DNA of 63,585 nt, filler included, from Licmophora abbreviata (Eukaryota), in assembly GCA_900291995.1 (NCBI GenBank). It is 20 parts of 20 records of this genome, joined end to end, with 100 filler letters (N's around TTAATTAATTAA, not from the genome) between each part and the next. Parts side by side here need not be neighbours in the genome. Positions count along the whole stretch, not along the records: positions 58,140 to 61,104 come from OLMU01001193.1; positions 61,205 to 62,333 come from OLMU01001196.1; positions 62,434 to 63,585 come from OLMU01001217.1; 17 more parts are not named here. One strand, 5' to 3'. Every line of letters starts with the position of its first letter. Within the stretch, counting starts at the first letter, position 1. The notes below the pieces were generated by a model. It saw nothing but the letters and a program-made list of their open reading frames with translations. It searched no databases and was not told where the DNA came from. Both the position numbers and the translations under genes were made by a program. Of the stretch, positions 59,576-63,585 are shown in pieces.

Positions 59576-61104
59576 CTACTTTGTGCGTGACTTCTTACTG
59601 TCAGATCCCCCAAGCAAATCATCCAAATCGTACAGGCCGTCGTCGTCATTGTCCGACGACGCTGCCATTGCAATCATTGCCTTTCGTTTCTTGTCCTTTT
59701 CTCGGGCAAGTGCTTCCTCGTCAACTGACTTGGTTGACTGCATAACCTTTTGCTTCAACGCAAGCCAGTCATAGACGTACTGCTGTCGGAACGATTCCGA
59801 GTTGCAATTCTCCACATACTGTGCCATGTATTCGTGTTTCAAAGCATCCACCGCCGTAATACGTTTCTTTGGATCCAGGTGGAGCATTTGATCCAATAGA
59901 TCCAGCGCCAAAGCATGCTTCTCGGCCTCTTCTTCTCCCATCATGAACTGCAAGGCTTTTCGGATGCCCCGCTTATACTTCTTAGACAGTTTGCGAAAGT
60001 ACGGGAACTTCTCGGCATATGGAAAGTTGTCTTTCGATGGCGTGCCGACGATCTTGAAGATTGACGTGAGGAGACTAGCTCTGTCTTTCCCGACAAACAG
60101 AGGCTTGCTCAAAATCAGGTGCGCCATAAGACAACCCATCGCCCAGACGTCCGTCTCTTTCGTGAACTTGGGAGAGCCGAGCAAGACTTCGGGAGCAATG
60201 TACACGTTGCTAGCCACATCCTGTTCGTCTTGCTTGTCCTTGCGGGCCTTGGCGCTCTTGAGCGGGTGAGGCGATTTGCGACGCTCATCCGGCGGGAGTA
60301 CGGTCGAGCGGTAAAAGCCGCCCAGCTTGGCTACACCACTGTGATCAATCACAATCTGATCCGGTTGGAGAGTACGAATAATCACATGGTTGGTGTGGCA
60401 ATGAACCAGCGACGAAAGCAGGTCGTGGAGCCAGGCTTGCAGTATCGTCGGCGTCAGAGTCATGACAGTGTCCCCCACTGCATCTAAGCTCTTTCGCCGC
60501 ATGGAACGAGACGTAAACTTTTGCATGATGAAAGGCGTGGGATGAAAGACGAGGTGCGGCCCTGTCACCATGTCTTTGCGCTTCTTCTCCTCTTGCGCGA
60601 CCTTTTCGTTCTCCTCGTTTGTCCGAAACAGGGAAAATAGATCTTCCTCGTGATGCTTTCCGATTTCTGTCGAAAGGGGTCCAGCTTCAGGGCTCGATTG
60701 AGACTTCGTTTCTGACTGAGATTCCGACTCCGTGGGCAAGGCGACGGCGATCGGTTGGATAAAATTTGGATGTCCCTGAGGGGACGGTACGAGGGAATGC
60801 AGTTGTGTCAAAAGCTGCATCTCTTGAAGGGCAGAGGGAGAGAATCCAACTTCAGCGCCAGACTTCTTGCATTTTTCTCGGTTTGCAACCTTCTCTGAAG
60901 GCCAGCGCTGAAGTGAGACCGCGACACAGGGATCGTTCGAGTGAGAAGATGGGTCCACGGTAGACAGGGTGATCAGCGAAGGAAAAGCCTTCACCGCTCC
61001 AGAAGGTCCCATCAAGTCGCTTGCCAACACGGCAAGCGCCTCGAGATGCAAACCCCGATTCGACGCGTCGGGGTCTGTGCGACGAATACGAAACATGTCG
61101 CAGA
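59576..61104 (-). CDS. CDK-like protein kinase fold with degenerate catalytic motifs (pseudokinase), 5'-truncated
   Basis: PSTAIRE-like 'GFSPSALQEMQLL', 'YIAPEVLLGSPKFTKETDVWAMGC', 'IFKIVGTP' and 'LLDQMLHLDPKKRITAVDALKHEY'. HRD is replaced by IRT and DFG by GFY. Confidence 0.8.
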
Positions 61105-61805
61105 NNNNNNNNNNNNNNNNNNNNNNNNNNNNNNNNNNNNNNNNNNNNTTAATTAATTAANNNNNNNNNNNNNNNNNNNNNNNNNNNNNNNNNNNNNNNN
61201 NNNNGCGTTGCGCAACGAAGGCTCTTTTGTTCAGCGCTTTAGTGAGAGAAACCTGTTCTCCAACACGACCACCATGGACGAACGATGGACCAAGATGTGC
61301 GTGGAGACTGCACGCAGTCATCCTAGCAGCAGATACTCGACGTTTGCTTTCCTTGCAGGTTCGCTCCAAACTGGCTGTGGGGCGTGCTTCGAGGCGCTCC
61401 GGGATGGGAACGTTCGAGTCGGTGTCATTGCAGGGCGAGATCAGAGGCGGAATCCTGCAAGAAGGTGAGTTGGATGGGGCGGGGATGATGCTTCTTGGAC
61501 TGTGCCGGTCCGCTATCCTAGTAGATTAAGCACGATGCTAAATCTAGACTGCAATCGCTTTCTCGCAGCTGGTTCTGGGAAAAGTCAAAGACGTCAGGCC
61601 CCCTGGCCGAGACGAAATCTGTGGCGGAGGAGCTTTCTGAGCTTTTGGAAAAGAACGGAAATGGAGGGCGGCTTGTTGCCGTTAGTGGTCGGCGATGTCC
61701 CGCTCACGAGGATGCGGACGGGTTTGCAGAGGCAGTCATGTCCTTGATGGACATATAGCTGAAACAGTGTGACGAGAATAACTTTTGTTTACGGTACGCT
61801 CAGTC

Positions 61806-62333
61806 TCAAGTGCTTGACGCTGTGTTGTCGATATCCACCCCGGTGCGTTTCTTGAAGATTTCCGTATCAATGGTGTTGCGCGCAAGGTATCTCCAGATAT
61901 GGACTGTCTTCATCTGTCCATAGCGACGAATCCTCCCTATACTTTGAGTCTCGTAAGCCTCGTAAGCTGCTTGACTGTCTGCAAGCAGGGGGTGAACGAA
62001 GATCGCGTGATTGCAGGTCGTCAAATTGATTCCAGCGGAGCTTTCGTCGTCCATTGTCAATAGCAAAACGCGAGCATCATTCTTCGTCGGGTTCTCCTTT
62101 TGGAGAATGTCGAGAGTCGCGGACTTCTGCTGTGTAGTGCCCTTCACTGTCAAGGATTGTATTTTCCGTGTGGTGAGTGCTTCTTTGACCTTCGTCTTCA
62201 AGTCATCAAACTGGACAAACACAATCACCCGATCTCCGGACTTGACGAGTTCCTCCACCTTGTTCACAATTGCGCTTAGTTTCGCACCGAAATGTCCGAT
62301 GCTCGAGTTCGTCTTGTCGGTGGTACCCAGCTG
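61806..62333 (-). CDS. C-terminal SNF2 helicase (HELICc) domain of DNMT5 type
   Basis: 'FGAKLSAIV...DRVIVFVQFDDL...RVLLLTMDDESSAGINLTTCNHAIFVHPLL...YETQSIGRIRRYGQMKTVHIWRY'. Confidence 0.75.
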   Translation of the reverse strand, partial: QLGTTDKTNSSIGHFGAKLSAIVNKVEELVKSGDRVIVFVQFDDLKTKVKEALTTRKIQSLTVKGTTQQKSATLDILQKENPTKNDARVLLLTMDDESSAGINLTTCNHAIFVHPLLADSQAAYEAYETQSIGRIRRYGQMKTVHIWRYLARNTIDTEIFKKRTGVDIDNTASST

Positions 62334-62433
62334 NNNNNNNNNNNNNNNNNNNNNNNNNNNNNNNNNNNNNNNNNNNNTTAATTAATTAANNNNNNNNNNN
62401 NNNNNNNNNNNNNNNNNNNNNNNNNNNNNNNNN

Positions 62434-63585
62434 GGCCAACCATTGGACTTTATATTCCGTCGACGCATTGGTGTGACGGGTGACCGGGCCCCGGAAAAGT
62501 CCTCGCTCCGTTGGTGGTAACAACCCGGGACCGGTGGTATATTCCTCCGTGATCTGCAAATCGAGATGTTCCGCTTGAGAAATACTGTTCAGTCCCGGGC
62601 CGTGTGCAAAGCCATTGCGGTGCTCCCACTGATCCCACGCCACTGCCCAAACTTTCTTGATAAGTTCAATTGCCCAACGTCGACTAGTCCGCCGGCTACG
62701 TATCCATCCGTAGTAAGCACCTTGGGTCTCTGCCCAGCATCTGGAGATCCTCCCCTCCAAGAATGATCTCCAACCGATTGCCGTTTGAGAATCAAAAGCA
62801 GCTTGTACTCCTGGGAAACTGGTATGGATAGATATGCCTGCCATCGGAGAGGCCCGTTTCCAGGCTTGTAGTGCCTTGATGATGGTCTCCGTAAGATCCG
62901 GTTGAGTCTTAATATGCAACAGCCAGGTTTTCAATCGCTCCAGAGAACTCTCCCATAGAGTGATTGACTCCGATTGTTGGCACAGCCATACGTGCTGTGC
63001 GTCCTCTACTGCTCCGCATCGTGGGCATTGCGCAGTGGGACTCTCGCCCCAGCGGTGTAGCACCTTGTTCACCCCACACCAGCCGCTGCCGTGTTTTGAG
63101 ATCCAGTGTCGACGGCCCGGTGGGCTCTCCGCCATTGCCGTGGAATGAGCCTCCCAGTCGATCGTTTCCAAGATGGATTGGCTGAGCTGATCCTTTCTGG
63201 CTCGGTACTCCAGAATTGCAGGTTTGTGTACCCATTCCGTGACTTGGGCCCGAAGTCGATGACATACTTTGTGGATCCCAAGGAAGAGAGGCCATAATTC
63301 ACCGTGAATCCGCTCCTCGGGCAAGGCCCCTGCCTCCGCTGTTCTTTGCCAATGTGTCTTCGCATACCCGTCCGCGTCTACGTTCAGCCGGCTCCACTGG
63401 TCTAAGAGATCGTAAGAAATCGTCTTATCTTGATGGCCCCGGACGTGTCGAGGGGTCCATTGGACTGGGCTGTGACTGACCTGATAGCGCACAGCCTCTA
63501 TCAAATCGAAGTTGGGCCACGTTGGTTGTGTGGGACGGTCTGCAAAACAGCGTAGTAATGGCCCCTCACCGTCGCACCCTATTTC
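62434..63585 (-). mobile_element. Non-LTR retrotransposon (LINE, Ambal-like) ORF fragment: RNase H C-terminus plus CCHC zinc finger
   Basis: RNase H 'IGCDG...HVRGHQD...LNVDADGYAK', then 'IDWEA', 'CPRCGAVEDAQHVWLC', 'QTAIGWRSFLEG' and 'WDQWEHRNG'. The frame is open to the window end. Confidence 0.82.

Noticed and set aside
60960..61060. Possible cyclin-box remnant fused to the CDK-like domain ('ALAVLASDL...FPSLI')
   Set aside because: The segment lies where the kinase beta1/G-loop is expected, and the resemblance to a cyclin is too weak.
61205..61760. Open frames between the spacer and the SNF2 stop
   Set aside because: No motif or consistent gene structure could be supported.
43804..62333. 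Apparent chromatin gene cluster (CenH3, sirtuin, TPR-SET, DNMT5-like SNF2)
   Set aside because: The genes lie on different gap-separated fragments interleaved with unrelated metabolic genes. There is no evidence beyond chance.

Overview
Eukaryotic nuclear DNA, most likely from a pennate diatom. This is inferred from compact genes with ~80-150 bp GT-AG introns, bipartite signal+'AF' plastid presequences, a DNMT5-type SNF2 tail, HA-domain proteins and an Ambal-like LINE. The window is 20 fragments joined by 19 artificial 100-bp spacers (44 N + TTAATTAATTAA + 44 N). Several genes run across spacers in the right order, so these look like scaffold gaps. It holds about 35 genes or gene fragments: prephenate/aspartate aminotransferase, CRAL-TRIO protein, sHSP, OSCA/TMEM63-like channel, Prp19, amino-acid, phosphate, SulP and NRT2 transporters, S28 peptidase, Nrap/Utp22, Tim17, TPR protein, amine oxidase, enoyl-CoA hydratase, DnaJ, PPR, CenH3, sirtuin, class III cyclase, SQD2, GPI, TPR-SET, AP-4 epsilon and a CDK-like pseudokinase. 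There are also two probable pseudogenes and a LINE fragment. The best leads are: an orphan with a PD-(D/E)XK nuclease-like motif; an NRT2 with a rewired substrate pocket under a TGACG-rich divergent promoter; a bacterial-type adenylyl cyclase; a CDK pseudokinase; a plastid-type HA-domain protein with tandem coiled-coil repeats; and a channel gene with a 12-nt micro-exon and a GC-AG intron. I found no CRISPR array, rRNA or tRNA, and no clear multi-gene novel system. All assignments come from reading motifs by eye; no database searches were run.
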